A DNA stretch of 32,803 bases. It comes from a virus. Its lineage: Duplodnaviria > Heunggongvirae > Uroviricota > Caudoviricetes. Where the stretch lies: IMG/VR virus record IMGVR_UViG_2617270990_000007. One strand, given 5' to 3'. Shown here piece by piece: positions 10,985 to 19,567 of this stretch (position 1 is its first letter; the number at the start of each line of letters is the position of its first letter). Position numbers and translations under genes: made by a program. The notes under the pieces were generated by a model. The model worked only from the letters and a program-made list of their open reading frames with translations, was not told where the DNA came from and made no database searches.

Positions 10985-11009
10985 GTTGCACGATAGGAGA
11001 ATGTAACAG

Positions 11010-11285
11010 ATGAACAGACAGCTTGTAAGTGCAACTGACGCGGTTCCTTACCAGGAGTTTGCAAAACTCATCGGTAAAACACCGGCAGCCGTGAAGGGAA
11101 TGATCGAAAAAGGGAAGTTGCCCGTTATTGAAATGACCGATCCGCAATCCACGTCTGGGCGTGCGGGAGAATACTGGGTATATCTTCCGGCATGGAACAA
11201 CGGCATGAAACTAGCATATGAAAGCCGTCCGAAGGAAATCAGAGAGGGGTGGTTGATGTGGTTAGGATTGGGCGATCGTTCATAA
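11010..11285 (+). CDS. cox: Cox (excisionase / early-promoter regulator)
   Basis: 91 aa; …VPYQEFAKLIGKT…GKLPVIEMTDPQS…GRAGEYWVYLPAWNNGMKLAYESRPKEIREGWLMWLGLG… matches P2 Cox. Confidence 0.85.
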   Translation: MNRQLVSATDAVPYQEFAKLIGKTPAAVKGMIEKGKLPVIEMTDPQSTSGRAGEYWVYLPAWNNGMKLAYESRPKEIREGWLMWLGLGDRS

Positions 11286-11289
11286 CTAC

Positions 11290-11484
11290 ATGGAGTTTGC
11301 GATGCTTATCCAAATCAACAGCAAAACAGCAATTTATCGCGGCTTCACGATCGTGAAGTTGCCGCGCAAAAAGCCGTATTCACGGCAGCGCTACCAAATC
11401 ACCAAAGGCGGAAATTATCTGGGGCTGGACTTCGGTCTGTCTCAGGCCCGTCAGACGATTGATCAGCTTCATCGGGGGAAATAA
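11290..11484 (+). CDS. hypothetical early protein (64 aa)
   Basis: ORF immediately after cox; stop overlaps the next start (ATGA). Confidence 0.4.
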   Translation: MEFAMLIQINSKTAIYRGFTIVKLPRKKPYSRQRYQITKGGNYLGLDFGLSQARQTIDQLHRGK

Positions 11485-11765
11485 TGACTACTTCAACCGC
11501 AGCTATTCTGAACGCTCGCCAGAGCGTCAATGCTTCCAGGCAGGACGGAACCCGCACGCCGTCCCGTAGTGGCTATGGTCCAAATCACCAACACAGCAAG
11601 TCGCGTAATGTTGTTCAGGGAATGGCACTGTCTGATATAGCGAAAAATGGTTTTGAGGTGCGATGTAAGGAAACGGGCATTCAATTTTCTATTCTTCCGG
11701 GTGGCTCTATATGTGACACCTTCAGTATTGAATTAGAAAAATACTGGAATAGCGGCGCTCGCTAA
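11484..11765 (+). CDS. hypothetical early protein (93 aa)
   Basis: ORF translationally coupled to the preceding one; no motif recognised. Confidence 0.4.
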   Translation: MTTSTAAILNARQSVNASRQDGTRTPSRSGYGPNHQHSKSRNVVQGMALSDIAKNGFEVRCKETGIQFSILPGGSICDTFSIELEKYWNSGAR

Positions 11766-11845
11766 TTAATTAACTGCAATCTAAATCATTTTATTTACGG
11801 CGTTTTTACCGGGGCTTCGCTTTATCTTTTTTCAGGGGGTTGATT

Positions 11846-12013
11846 ATGACAATTCAAACAAATGAACGCGCGCACCTGCTTGGATTGTTACGTATCAAAT
11901 TAACCTTGCTGAAAAAAGAAAAACTGTCCACCAATGAAATTTATCGCAGCCTGGAAAACTGGATCGACAACAGAGAACAGGCCGCAGAAATCAAGGAGCA
12001 AAAAAGTGATTAA
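11846..12013 (+). CDS. small ORF (55 aa) overlapping the methyltransferase start
   Basis: ATG with G-rich SD 8 nt upstream; stop TAA overlaps the GTG start region of the methyltransferase; below the 60-aa cutoff of the ORF track. Confidence 0.3.
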   Translation: MTIQTNERAHLLGLLRIKLTLLKKEKLSTNEIYRSLENWIDNREQAAEIKEQKSD

Positions 12014-12998
12014 CTCCCCTCTGATCTGGGCTGGCGGCAAGTCTCGCGCGATGCCTCATGTACTGGATGCTCTGCCGCAGGGTGAATGCCTCGTTGAGCC
12101 TTTTGTGGGTAGTGGTAGCGTCTTTCTGAATACAGACTATAAAACCTATATTCTGTGTGATAGCAATGCAGCCCTAATTAATTTCTTCTCTATGGTTAAG
12201 CGCAACACAGAAGCGCTTTTAACTTATGCATCCGCCTTGTTTTTGACTGGTAATAATGAAGATGCATATTACATAAATCGTGATGACTTCAATATTTTTA
12301 ATCGCGAGTACGCAGGGCATAGAGAGCAATATACAAATGATGAATTAGTTAAATATGCAGCGCTATTTCTTTATTTGAATCGTCACTGCTACAACGGTGT
12401 TTACCGTGTTAATTTAAAGAATGAATTCAACGTTCCTTTTGGTTTTCGTAAGAAGCCAATTTTCCCTGTGGCTGAGATTCAGCATTTTGCAAAAAGGGCT
12501 TGGGACAAAGGGGCAATGTTCCTGCATGGTGATTTCAGAGAAACAATTCCTCTATCTATCGGGCATTCAGGCTGCGTGGTTTATTGCGATCCTCCATACC
12601 TGCCAGCCAGCGAGACTGCAAATTTTACTGCATACGGTAAGCCCTTTACTGATGAAGACCATCGCGCCCTGGTTGCGATGCTTTCACGCCTCTACAACCA
12701 GGCAAAAATACCCTCTGTTATTTCCGGCAGTGACACCCCGGAAACGCGCCAAATTTACTACCCGTTCACCCTTAACTCATTCGAAGTCCGGCGTTCTGTG
12801 GGAGCAAAAACACGCAATCTCGCGGGTGAGGTGATTGGTTCGCTGCTCGTCTGTGACGAGTGCGGGCAAGTAGGGCGTGGTTATTGCGCTACCTGTTGCC
12901 CTGCCGTTGCTGGCGATGGCTATGAATCTGGAAGCGATACCTTTTGCTGTCGCAACTGCGAGATCTGCGATTCATACACAGCAGCAGAGGACTTCTGA
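12006..12998 (+). CDS. dam: Dam-like N6-adenine DNA methyltransferase with Cys-rich C-terminal extension
   Basis: SPLIWAGGK (AdoMet-binding motif I) and DPPY (catalytic motif IV); GTG start with AAGGAG SD 6 nt upstream; C-terminal ~55 aa carry ten Cys (CDECG…CATCC…CCRNCEIC). Confidence 0.85.
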   Translation: MINSPLIWAGGKSRAMPHVLDALPQGECLVEPFVGSGSVFLNTDYKTYILCDSNAALINFFSMVKRNTEALLTYASALFLTGNNEDAYYINRDDFNIFNREYAGHREQYTNDELVKYAALFLYLNRHCYNGVYRVNLKNEFNVPFGFRKKPIFPVAEIQHFAKRAWDKGAMFLHGDFRETIPLSIGHSGCVVYCDPPYLPASETANFTAYGKPFTDEDHRALVAMLSRLYNQAKIPSVISGSDTPETRQIYYPFTLNSFEVRRSVGAKTRNLAGEVIGSLLVCDECGQVGRGYCATCCPAVAGDGYESGSDTFCCRNCEICDSYTAAEDF

Positions 12999-13462
12999 TG
13001 ATTACTCCGTCCATTAACGATCACGTGAGCTATCTGCAAGGCGCGATAGCGGCGTTAGAAAAGGCAAAAGAGGCTGCATTAATTCACGCTGGTTATGCAG
13101 GTCTTTTGGCTGGCCCTGATGTTGAAAAGACGCTTCGTAAGTCTTTCGGGGCGGTTCTTGATCCCCTGATTAAGTCTCACAGTAGTGAGCTTGTTTTTCT
13201 TGGCTTTGATCCTGCCGCTGAAGCCGAGCCTGAAAGTCATACGGTTTGCGCCGTTGTTACGCGCGTTTTTTCACGCCGCTGCATTAGCAAAGGTTGCTGG
13301 CGCGTTGATTTCGAGGCGCACGATTTGTGGACTGATGAAGTTGTCCGGCATTCCCTCAACTATCCAACAGTCAAGGCCGCGCGGAAATGTAAACCAGGTA
13401 AACCGATGACATGGAAGACGACGCCTCCCCCGTTCGATTTTGATGATGGAGCGCCATTCTGA
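12998..13462 (+). CDS. hypothetical protein (154 aa)
   Basis: ATG overlaps the methyltransferase stop (TGATG); no motif recognised. Confidence 0.5.
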   Translation: MITPSINDHVSYLQGAIAALEKAKEAALIHAGYAGLLAGPDVEKTLRKSFGAVLDPLIKSHSSELVFLGFDPAAEAEPESHTVCAVVTRVFSRRCISKGCWRVDFEAHDLWTDEVVRHSLNYPTVKAARKCKPGKPMTWKTTPPPFDFDDGAPF

Positions 13463-13635
13463 TGAATACCGTTGAGGTTGTAGTGACAAAGGTGCTGGAT
13501 GTTCTCCCGCGCCGTAATTATTGGATCACTCGCGTTGAAGTTCTGGGCGAGGGTGGTTACAGCAATACAGACCTGATCACCTACTCTGAACGTGACGCAA
13601 GAGCGATACAGCCAGGCGACACGGTTTTCATCTGA
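13462..13635 (+). CDS. small ORF (57 aa)
   Basis: ATG overlaps the preceding stop; ends 9 nt before gene A; below the ORF-track cutoff. Confidence 0.35.
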   Translation: MNTVEVVVTKVLDVLPRRNYWITRVEVLGEGGYSNTDLITYSERDARAIQPGDTVFI

Positions 13636-13644
13636 GGCGGCTTA

Positions 13645-16224
13645 ATGTCTTCATTTCGCCGCTCTCATAGCATGACCAACATGCCGGGAGGCTCTATCGA
13701 GCCAGCCCGGTATGCTTACGCCTGGAATGAGCCAAAAGCCGCCATCTTCGTTGATAAGGCTCCCGCTGTTGATCTATATGAATTGGGTCAAGAGCAGGAG
13801 TTTTTCGCCTGGGTTGAAAATCCCCTCAAGCCGTTGCCTATCTTCATTCGCCGCCGCATTGCCTCTTACATAAATACCGTTCACGAGGATAAAGGGCGCC
13901 ATATCGCAAAACTGAAGTTGCGCGACATCGTTAAGCGCGAGCTTCCACACGTCAGAAACGTCACGAAACAATACGCTGTGCCAGAAGACAATGAGTGGAT
14001 CATTTTCTCTGAACTAAACCCACTGTTTCACTCGTTTGAAAATCTGCGTGAACTTGTCCGCCGCTTTAATAATCTGGCGGATTGCACGGATGAAGATATT
14101 GATTTGCTGGCTCAGGACATAGCCATTTATGCCAATGCTGTTTTGGCTGAAGTGAGCGAGGGTGCAAGTGTGTTCAACGATACTGAATACACCAAACGCA
14201 TGCTGCGTGAAGGCTCCAGGCTGATTGCGTATTTCAGGTTAGTGCCGCCCTGGGCGAAGAAGCGCCGGATGGCGCTTGATGAAGCGACAGCAGCAATACA
14301 AAAAACCCTTCATGATCGCTTTTGGTCACGCCTCCTGCGCAAGTACGCCCGCCGCTGGCGCGAGCATTTGCACATTGCCTATGGTGACGTGCGCCGCGAT
14401 GTTTCACCGTATTGCAGCAAACACCACGTTACGCAGTGGGATTCACGCCGTAAGCGTAGCCGCGCAATTATGAGCCGCCTTGAACTTGAAGATCAGGTAA
14501 CTGGTGAGCGCATTTCGCTGATAGAGCAGATTGATAAGAGCATTTCTAATCCTGAAAAGCGCCGTGTTGAGTTGATGACGCGCATTGGTGGATTTGAGAA
14601 GGTGGCAACGGAAAGCGGGTTTGCCGGCAGTTTCTTCACCCTGACCGCGCCGTCTAAATATCATGCCTTTACAGCGTTCGGGCATCGTAACCGCAAATGG
14701 AACGGAGCCAGCCCCCGCAAGACACAAAACTACCTTAATCGCGTCTGGCAACTGATCCGCGCGGAGCTTGCGCGCCGTGAGATTTCTGTTTTTGGCCTTC
14801 GTGTTGCAGAGTCTCACCATGATGGTACTCCGCATTGGCATGGCCTTCTGTTCACAGCCCCAGAGCATACCGGCGAATTGCTGGAAGTGATGGAAGACTA
14901 CGCCACGCGTGAAGATGCTGATGAACTCACCGGCAAGAATGGCAAACAGCCCCGCTTTGAACTTAAGCCGATAGATCCGGCTTTGGGGAGCGCTACTGGA
15001 TATGTCGTTAAGTACATATCTAAAAACATCGACGGTTATGCACTGGATGGTGAAAGCGACGACGAAAGCGGACGCCCACTGAAGGAGACAGCAAAACACG
15101 CTACTGCCTGGGCTTCATGCTGGGGCATTCGTCAGTTTCAGTTTCTGGGTGGCGCGCCGGTGTCCGTCTGGCGTGAGTTACGCCGCCTGAAGAATCAGGA
15201 AATGGCAGATCGAATCAGTCCGGTTTTCGGTGAGTTACACCGCGCCGCCCATGCCGGGAACTGGCAGGACTACATCACCTTGCAGGGTGGTCCGTTCGTG
15301 ACACGGAATAGGCTTGTGTTGCGCGCCTGGTATCAATATCGGGATGAGCCGAGCAGTTACGGCGAGTTTCAGAGGGTTATTAAAGGGGTGGTCATGCCAG
15401 CATCGACCGTTCCTCCGGTTGAAACCCGCCTCCATTCTTATCGCATTGTCAAAAAGAAGCCAAAAGCAGACGACGCCGCCGATCGAGGTTTTGACCTTAA
15501 GGGCGCGCCCGCGCCCTCTTGGACTCGTGTCAATAACTGTACTGAGTACAAAAAACATACAAATCAAGGGGCGGTAAATCCACCGCCTGAAGATCCAGAA
15601 CAATATGAAATTGGTCAAATGAGCCGAGAGCAGAAAAAACGGCTTAATGAGAGCATCAGAAATTACAAACCAAAACAGCAAAAATCACCTGCTGATGTGT
15701 TTGAGTCGCTTGCCAATGCTATTGCCGCTTCAGATTGCGATAGCGCAGATCAGGAGCGCGCTGAAAATTACATGAAAGTGGCGGCGGCTATCCGCGATGA
15801 ATCAGCAACCCGGCGGAGCAGTGTTGTGGAGGCCACACCAATGACTGCTCACCTTCGCTATCAGCTTTCCTCTTGGGGAATTAAGTCCAAGCCTGATATT
15901 GATGCCCTTCGTCGCGGGGCTTTGCTTTCTTTTGATGATCGACATGTTTATCTGAAGGATGGCTATCTGGTAGAAAAGACCAAAGCAATTTACTGTAGGG
16001 CTAGAGATTGTAATGCGGAGTTAAATCAGGATGATATAACCTATGGCGATGAAAAGCTCTGCTTGGCTTGTACTATGAAGCTGAAGGGGGTAGAAGTAGT
16101 CGAACAGCGCCGCGATGAAGTTAAGCAGAGAGTTAAAGCGGAAAGGAAGCGGGAGAATGATGTACTCCTTGAAAGATTAAGGGTTGCGCTCATTAATGGG
16201 GGGAAGCGTGGGCAAGTACTTTGA
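13645..16224 (+). CDS. A: P2-family replication initiation protein A (rolling-circle endonuclease)
   Basis: 859 aa; central block …FFTLTAPSKYH…HHDGTPHWHGLLF…GYVVKYISKNIDG… matches the P2 gpA family (conserved Tyr/His motifs). Confidence 0.9.
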   Translation: MSSFRRSHSMTNMPGGSIEPARYAYAWNEPKAAIFVDKAPAVDLYELGQEQEFFAWVENPLKPLPIFIRRRIASYINTVHEDKGRHIAKLKLRDIVKRELPHVRNVTKQYAVPEDNEWIIFSELNPLFHSFENLRELVRRFNNLADCTDEDIDLLAQDIAIYANAVLAEVSEGASVFNDTEYTKRMLREGSRLIAYFRLVPPWAKKRRMALDEATAAIQKTLHDRFWSRLLRKYARRWREHLHIAYGDVRRDVSPYCSKHHVTQWDSRRKRSRAIMSRLELEDQVTGERISLIEQIDKSISNPEKRRVELMTRIGGFEKVATESGFAGSFFTLTAPSKYHAFTAFGHRNRKWNGASPRKTQNYLNRVWQLIRAELARREISVFGLRVAESHHDGTPHWHGLLFTAPEHTGELLEVMEDYATREDADELTGKNGKQPRFELKPIDPALGSATGYVVKYISKNIDGYALDGESDDESGRPLKETAKHATAWASCWGIRQFQFLGGAPVSVWRELRRLKNQEMADRISPVFGELHRAAHAGNWQDYITLQGGPFVTRNRLVLRAWYQYRDEPSSYGEFQRVIKGVVMPASTVPPVETRLHSYRIVKKKPKADDAADRGFDLKGAPAPSWTRVNNCTEYKKHTNQGAVNPPPEDPEQYEIGQMSREQKKRLNESIRNYKPKQQKSPADVFESLANAIAASDCDSADQERAENYMKVAAAIRDESATRRSSVVEATPMTAHLRYQLSSWGIKSKPDIDALRRGALLSFDDRHVYLKDGYLVEKTKAIYCRARDCNAELNQDDITYGDEKLCLACTMKLKGVEVVEQRRDEVKQRVKAERKRENDVLLERLRVALINGGKRGQVL

Positions 16225-16495
16225 TGATTATGAACGGGAAGCTGACTATCAAAATTGGCTCTATTATCGAGAATCTTCGCATGAGGAACGTGAGTCAAAA
16301 AGTCATTATATCAGCCAGGATGAAGCTGAGGTGGAAAGTAGGCCTAAGTTGGTTGTGACGAAAATTGAATGGCCCGCAGTAGACGTGTTTCGTGATTTCC
16401 CTGAACACCAAGCCCTGATTACCGCTGCGGAAAAAAAATACTTTGAGTCAAAATCATGCGTTCGCGACACTGGGGATGACCAAGATGATGATTGA
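16196..16495 (+). CDS. small acidic protein (about 99 aa), P2 orf91 position
   Basis: ATG-started ORF overlapping the last ~29 nt of A; highly acidic, ends DDQDDD. Confidence 0.35.
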   Translation: MGGSVGKYFDDYEREADYQNWLYYRESSHEERESKSHYISQDEAEVESRPKLVVTKIEWPAVDVFRDFPEHQALITAAEKKYFESKSCVRDTGDDQDDD

Positions 16496-16516
16496 TAATG
16501 TGTTGTAAGGTATAAG

Positions 16517-16560
16517 TTTCAGAATAACAAGGTGTTGTAAAAAATCTTGTTATTCTGAAA
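16517..16560. repeat. perfect 15-bp inverted repeat between convergent genes (possible bidirectional terminator)
   Basis: TTTCAGAATAACAAG - 14 nt - CTTGTTATTCTGAAA, 22 nt after the plus-strand ORF stop and 5 nt after the minus-strand ORF stop; no clean U-tract on either side. Confidence 0.4.
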
Positions 16561-16564
16561 GTGG

Positions 16565-17716
16565 TTAGATAGGGGAATTCATGCTATCGGGTGCTGTTAC
16601 TACCAAATGAACTTTCGTTAATCTTTCAACCGCAAGTTTAGGCAGTACACTATCAAAAATAGCTAAATAATTTTCCAAAAGGGAATTAATATAATCAAGT
16701 TTGCCATGCTCAATCTCATACCAAGTGTCAGGGAGATACCTGACTATAATGCTTAATGTATATAATACGACTAAGTGTAATACAAAGGGATCTTGAGTTC
16801 CCCAAAATGGGACAATTACACTCGTTCCACAATAACCAGATTTGTGTGTCGTGACATAATCCCACCATAGCTCATCTTCAGGGTGATGGACTTCTCCTAC
16901 AAAATATGGTTGGTCATATTTTGTGAGGTTTTCTTCTGACTCAATTTCAATGTTTTTTATTCCAATGTTGTAAGAATTAAGCTCTTCTGCTGTTACATCG
17001 CTACCTTTGGGATAAATTGCGGCATATGTAAAACCTGAGAACTCTGGTTTAGGACGCGATAGGCCACCGAGTGACTGATTCCTTGATCTTAAGAGCATGT
17101 TTCTACTTGCTTGTCCAATTTGGAATGAAAGTGGATCTTCACCGAAAGTTTCTTGTAAAAGCGGTCTTAATTCTGGAATTCGTTTTAATAAATCAGTTAA
17201 AGAATAGGTGCGTGATGGGTCTAAATCTTCATCTTTTTTTGGACGTCTTTCTGTTGCATACTGTTTGATATCAATTCCTATATGCTTTGCATATGAATAA
17301 AAATGTCCACTTTTAAGACAGCCTATTTTTATATTGTCTGGGAATGTTTCATTTTCAACAGATTGTGTGAATAGCCCATGACCTGAAACCGTATGCTTTT
17401 GAACATTTTTTAAATCGTCGTTAGGATCCCCTGATGATATTTGTTCAGCTAAGCTTATCTGTAATAATGCATAATATCTGGATAAAATTTTTGAATTGAG
17501 TCCGCCATTTTCAGTCTCCCAATATCCGATTGCACTTCGTATTGCGGAGGACATTCCAATGGATTTTTTAATCAATACATCCTCTTGCAATGACGGATGA
17601 TTATTTTCTATTATTTTCTTACAGAGCTGCGCACTCATTAATCGTTTTAATCGTAACCAGATTGCACCGCTAACATCTGCTGCAACGAAACGTTCTATTG
17701 TTTTTTCTGATGACAT
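16565..17716 (-). CDS. hypothetical protein (383 aa), hotspot cargo gene 2
   Basis: Long AT-rich ORF with AAGGAA SD 5-6 nt upstream of ATG; no domain recognised by eye. Confidence 0.6.
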   Translation of the reverse strand: MSSEKTIERFVAADVSGAIWLRLKRLMSAQLCKKIIENNHPSLQEDVLIKKSIGMSSAIRSAIGYWETENGGLNSKILSRYYALLQISLAEQISSGDPNDDLKNVQKHTVSGHGLFTQSVENETFPDNIKIGCLKSGHFYSYAKHIGIDIKQYATERRPKKDEDLDPSRTYSLTDLLKRIPELRPLLQETFGEDPLSFQIGQASRNMLLRSRNQSLGGLSRPKPEFSGFTYAAIYPKGSDVTAEELNSYNIGIKNIEIESEENLTKYDQPYFVGEVHHPEDELWWDYVTTHKSGYCGTSVIVPFWGTQDPFVLHLVVLYTLSIIVRYLPDTWYEIEHGKLDYINSLLENYLAIFDSVLPKLAVERLTKVHLVVTAPDSMNSPI

Positions 17717-17995
17717 CGCTGTTCCTTAGTTGACGTATTACAACTTTTCAAAGTTAACCATACTCTACAAAATTAGTGGTACTAAAGGGAGCATTTTTTG
17801 ATTGCCAGCAACTTCAAATCACATAGCGGGGAGCTACAATGTAGTGTGTCGCGGCTTGGTCCTTGCTAAGAATCCATGTATAACTGAGCGCCACGAAATT
17901 GTAATGCCCTTCAAAGACCGCCGGGATTGGCGGCTTTTTAGAGTTTACTTCTAGTTTTATTGCTTCAAAATAGAGATAAAAGATAATATGGCTTA

Positions 17996-19345
17996 TCAGT
18001 TAATATCAAAGCCTTCGATCTTCTCATACATCATTTCAAACCATTTGACTCGTTGTCCAGGTATTACAGCCATGAATGCGTACTCAGTGAGCATATCAGA
18101 GGAACGTAGTTCTTCATCGGTGGCTAAGTGGTATTTTAACAATATTGCAATATAATAAATCTCAGAAACATCGACAAGGTTTACAGGAATTGATAATCGT
18201 TTAAATATCTCATCTTCTGTCAGTTTTTTGTTTAATATTTCCATGAGTAAGGATTGGTTGAATATTTTCAAGAAAGCAACTAGTGCGATGGCAACATGAA
18301 ATATTTCATGTCGGTAGGAATTTACTTCGCTGGGGTCGTTCATTATTGCGAATGTTGAATAGCAACGCTCAGCCTCTCGCAGTGAACAGTTATTCATTTC
18401 TAGAAGATACGCGAGGGTTTTTACGAGAGAACCATTCCGAATCAGTATGTCATTCCCTTGATCTAACGACAGGAGATATTGTGTTAACGTTGAACGTTCA
18501 TAGCCTGCTCGGCAGCCTACTGAGAGCATACTTTTTTTAGGAAGAGTAAACCAATAATGAATAAATTTATTTAAATATAATCTTGTATTTATGCTCCCAT
18601 ATCTACACTCTATACTTTTTTCAAACTGCTCACGGTTAACTACTAGTAAGAAAACAAAACCTTCCACTGAAAATATATGTTTTATTTTCTCTAGCAAGTC
18701 AAGGGAAAAATCAGGTCGCGACCTGTCTAGCTCATCAATTATAAATATTATTTTTTTCCCACACTCAGTGTGAATCTTGGTCAGCAATGCTCTAAATTGC
18801 TCAATTGTTGCTAACTCACTCTCGCTCGTTTTTATTTTTTCTTCAATGTACTCTTCAATAGGTGATGTGAGAGAGTCACTGATGGCATCACTTGCTTTCT
18901 CCAGTGCGTTACCTGAGACTAATCCACTTGTGAAAGTGCTTACGGCAAATTTTGCACCATTAAGTGCGAATGACGCGCCTAGTTTTTTACCAATGGATAA
19001 TAACTCTTTCCCGAGGTTTTTAAGCTTTCCATCTTCTTTTTTTATGAGTGAATAAATTTTTGATGTTAAGGCTACAAATGGGTCTGATTGATAGTCATTT
19101 TCAAAAGCGTCAAAGTAAATAACGTCAAAGTTGTCAGCATGGTTTTTATTTATTTCTGATGACATCATTTTTACAAATGAGGTTTTTCCGTTACCCCATT
19201 CATCATTGAGCGCAAGTACAAGACTTTTATCTGGGGCATTTGTTGCTACCCGCATGATGATGTCATGAAGTTTTTTACGTCCAAATATGTCATCTGCTGT
19301 ACTAAAACCATCTGAGAACGCTTTAACAGGAGCGGTCAATCGCAT
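17996..19345 (-). CDS. KAP-family P-loop NTPase (449 aa), hotspot cargo gene 1
   Basis: Walker A with the KAP-typical Trp (NDEWGNGKTSF), following F-D-A-F…D-P-F segment, Walker B IIFIIDELDRSRPDF; GAGGAA SD upstream of ATG; AT-rich. Confidence 0.7.
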   Translation of the reverse strand: MRLTAPVKAFSDGFSTADDIFGRKKLHDIIMRVATNAPDKSLVLALNDEWGNGKTSFVKMMSSEINKNHADNFDVIYFDAFENDYQSDPFVALTSKIYSLIKKEDGKLKNLGKELLSIGKKLGASFALNGAKFAVSTFTSGLVSGNALEKASDAISDSLTSPIEEYIEEKIKTSESELATIEQFRALLTKIHTECGKKIIFIIDELDRSRPDFSLDLLEKIKHIFSVEGFVFLLVVNREQFEKSIECRYGSINTRLYLNKFIHYWFTLPKKSMLSVGCRAGYERSTLTQYLLSLDQGNDILIRNGSLVKTLAYLLEMNNCSLREAERCYSTFAIMNDPSEVNSYRHEIFHVAIALVAFLKIFNQSLLMEILNKKLTEDEIFKRLSIPVNLVDVSEIYYIAILLKYHLATDEELRSSDMLTEYAFMAVIPGQRVKWFEMMYEKIEGFDIN

Positions 19346-19548
19346 AATTTCTTTTCCTCATTTATTTAATGATTTAACGGCATCATAACTAGGCATGAGG
19401 TTACTTTTCAATAGAGTAAAGTGATGCACGATTGTGCGCAAAAATGCACAATAAAATCAGCCCCTTTTTGGGATTATCGAGGCAGGATCTGCGGGGGCTG
19501 GCGGTGGATCTGCAAGTGCACGAAAACACGAGTGTTCGTTGCGCGCAG

Positions 19549-19567
19549 GTGACGGGGGGAAAGCCCG
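19549..19567. other. candidate cos site of the P2-like prophage
   Basis: GGTGACGGGGGGAAAGCCC matches about 15 of 19 positions of the P2 cohesive end as I recall it, in the GC-rich gap between the hotspot and portal gene Q. Confidence 0.4.

Noticed and set aside
11934-12005. Upstream ATG start for the methyltransferase (354-aa version)
   Set aside because: No SD before that ATG, whereas the in-frame GTG at 12006 has AAGGAG 6 nt upstream and begins just before the conserved N-terminal motif.
12421-12834. 137-aa ORF in an alternative frame
   Set aside because: Entirely inside the methyltransferase coding region on the same strand; no independent support.
14443-15099. 218-aa minus-strand ORF
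   Set aside because: Antisense within replication gene A; also 15235..15681 for the same reason.
17790-17940. Possible tRNA or retron-type ncRNA in the hotspot spacer
   Set aside because: No tRNA-like T-arm or acceptor structure and no reverse transcriptase gene nearby; kept only as an unexplained hairpin in the findings.
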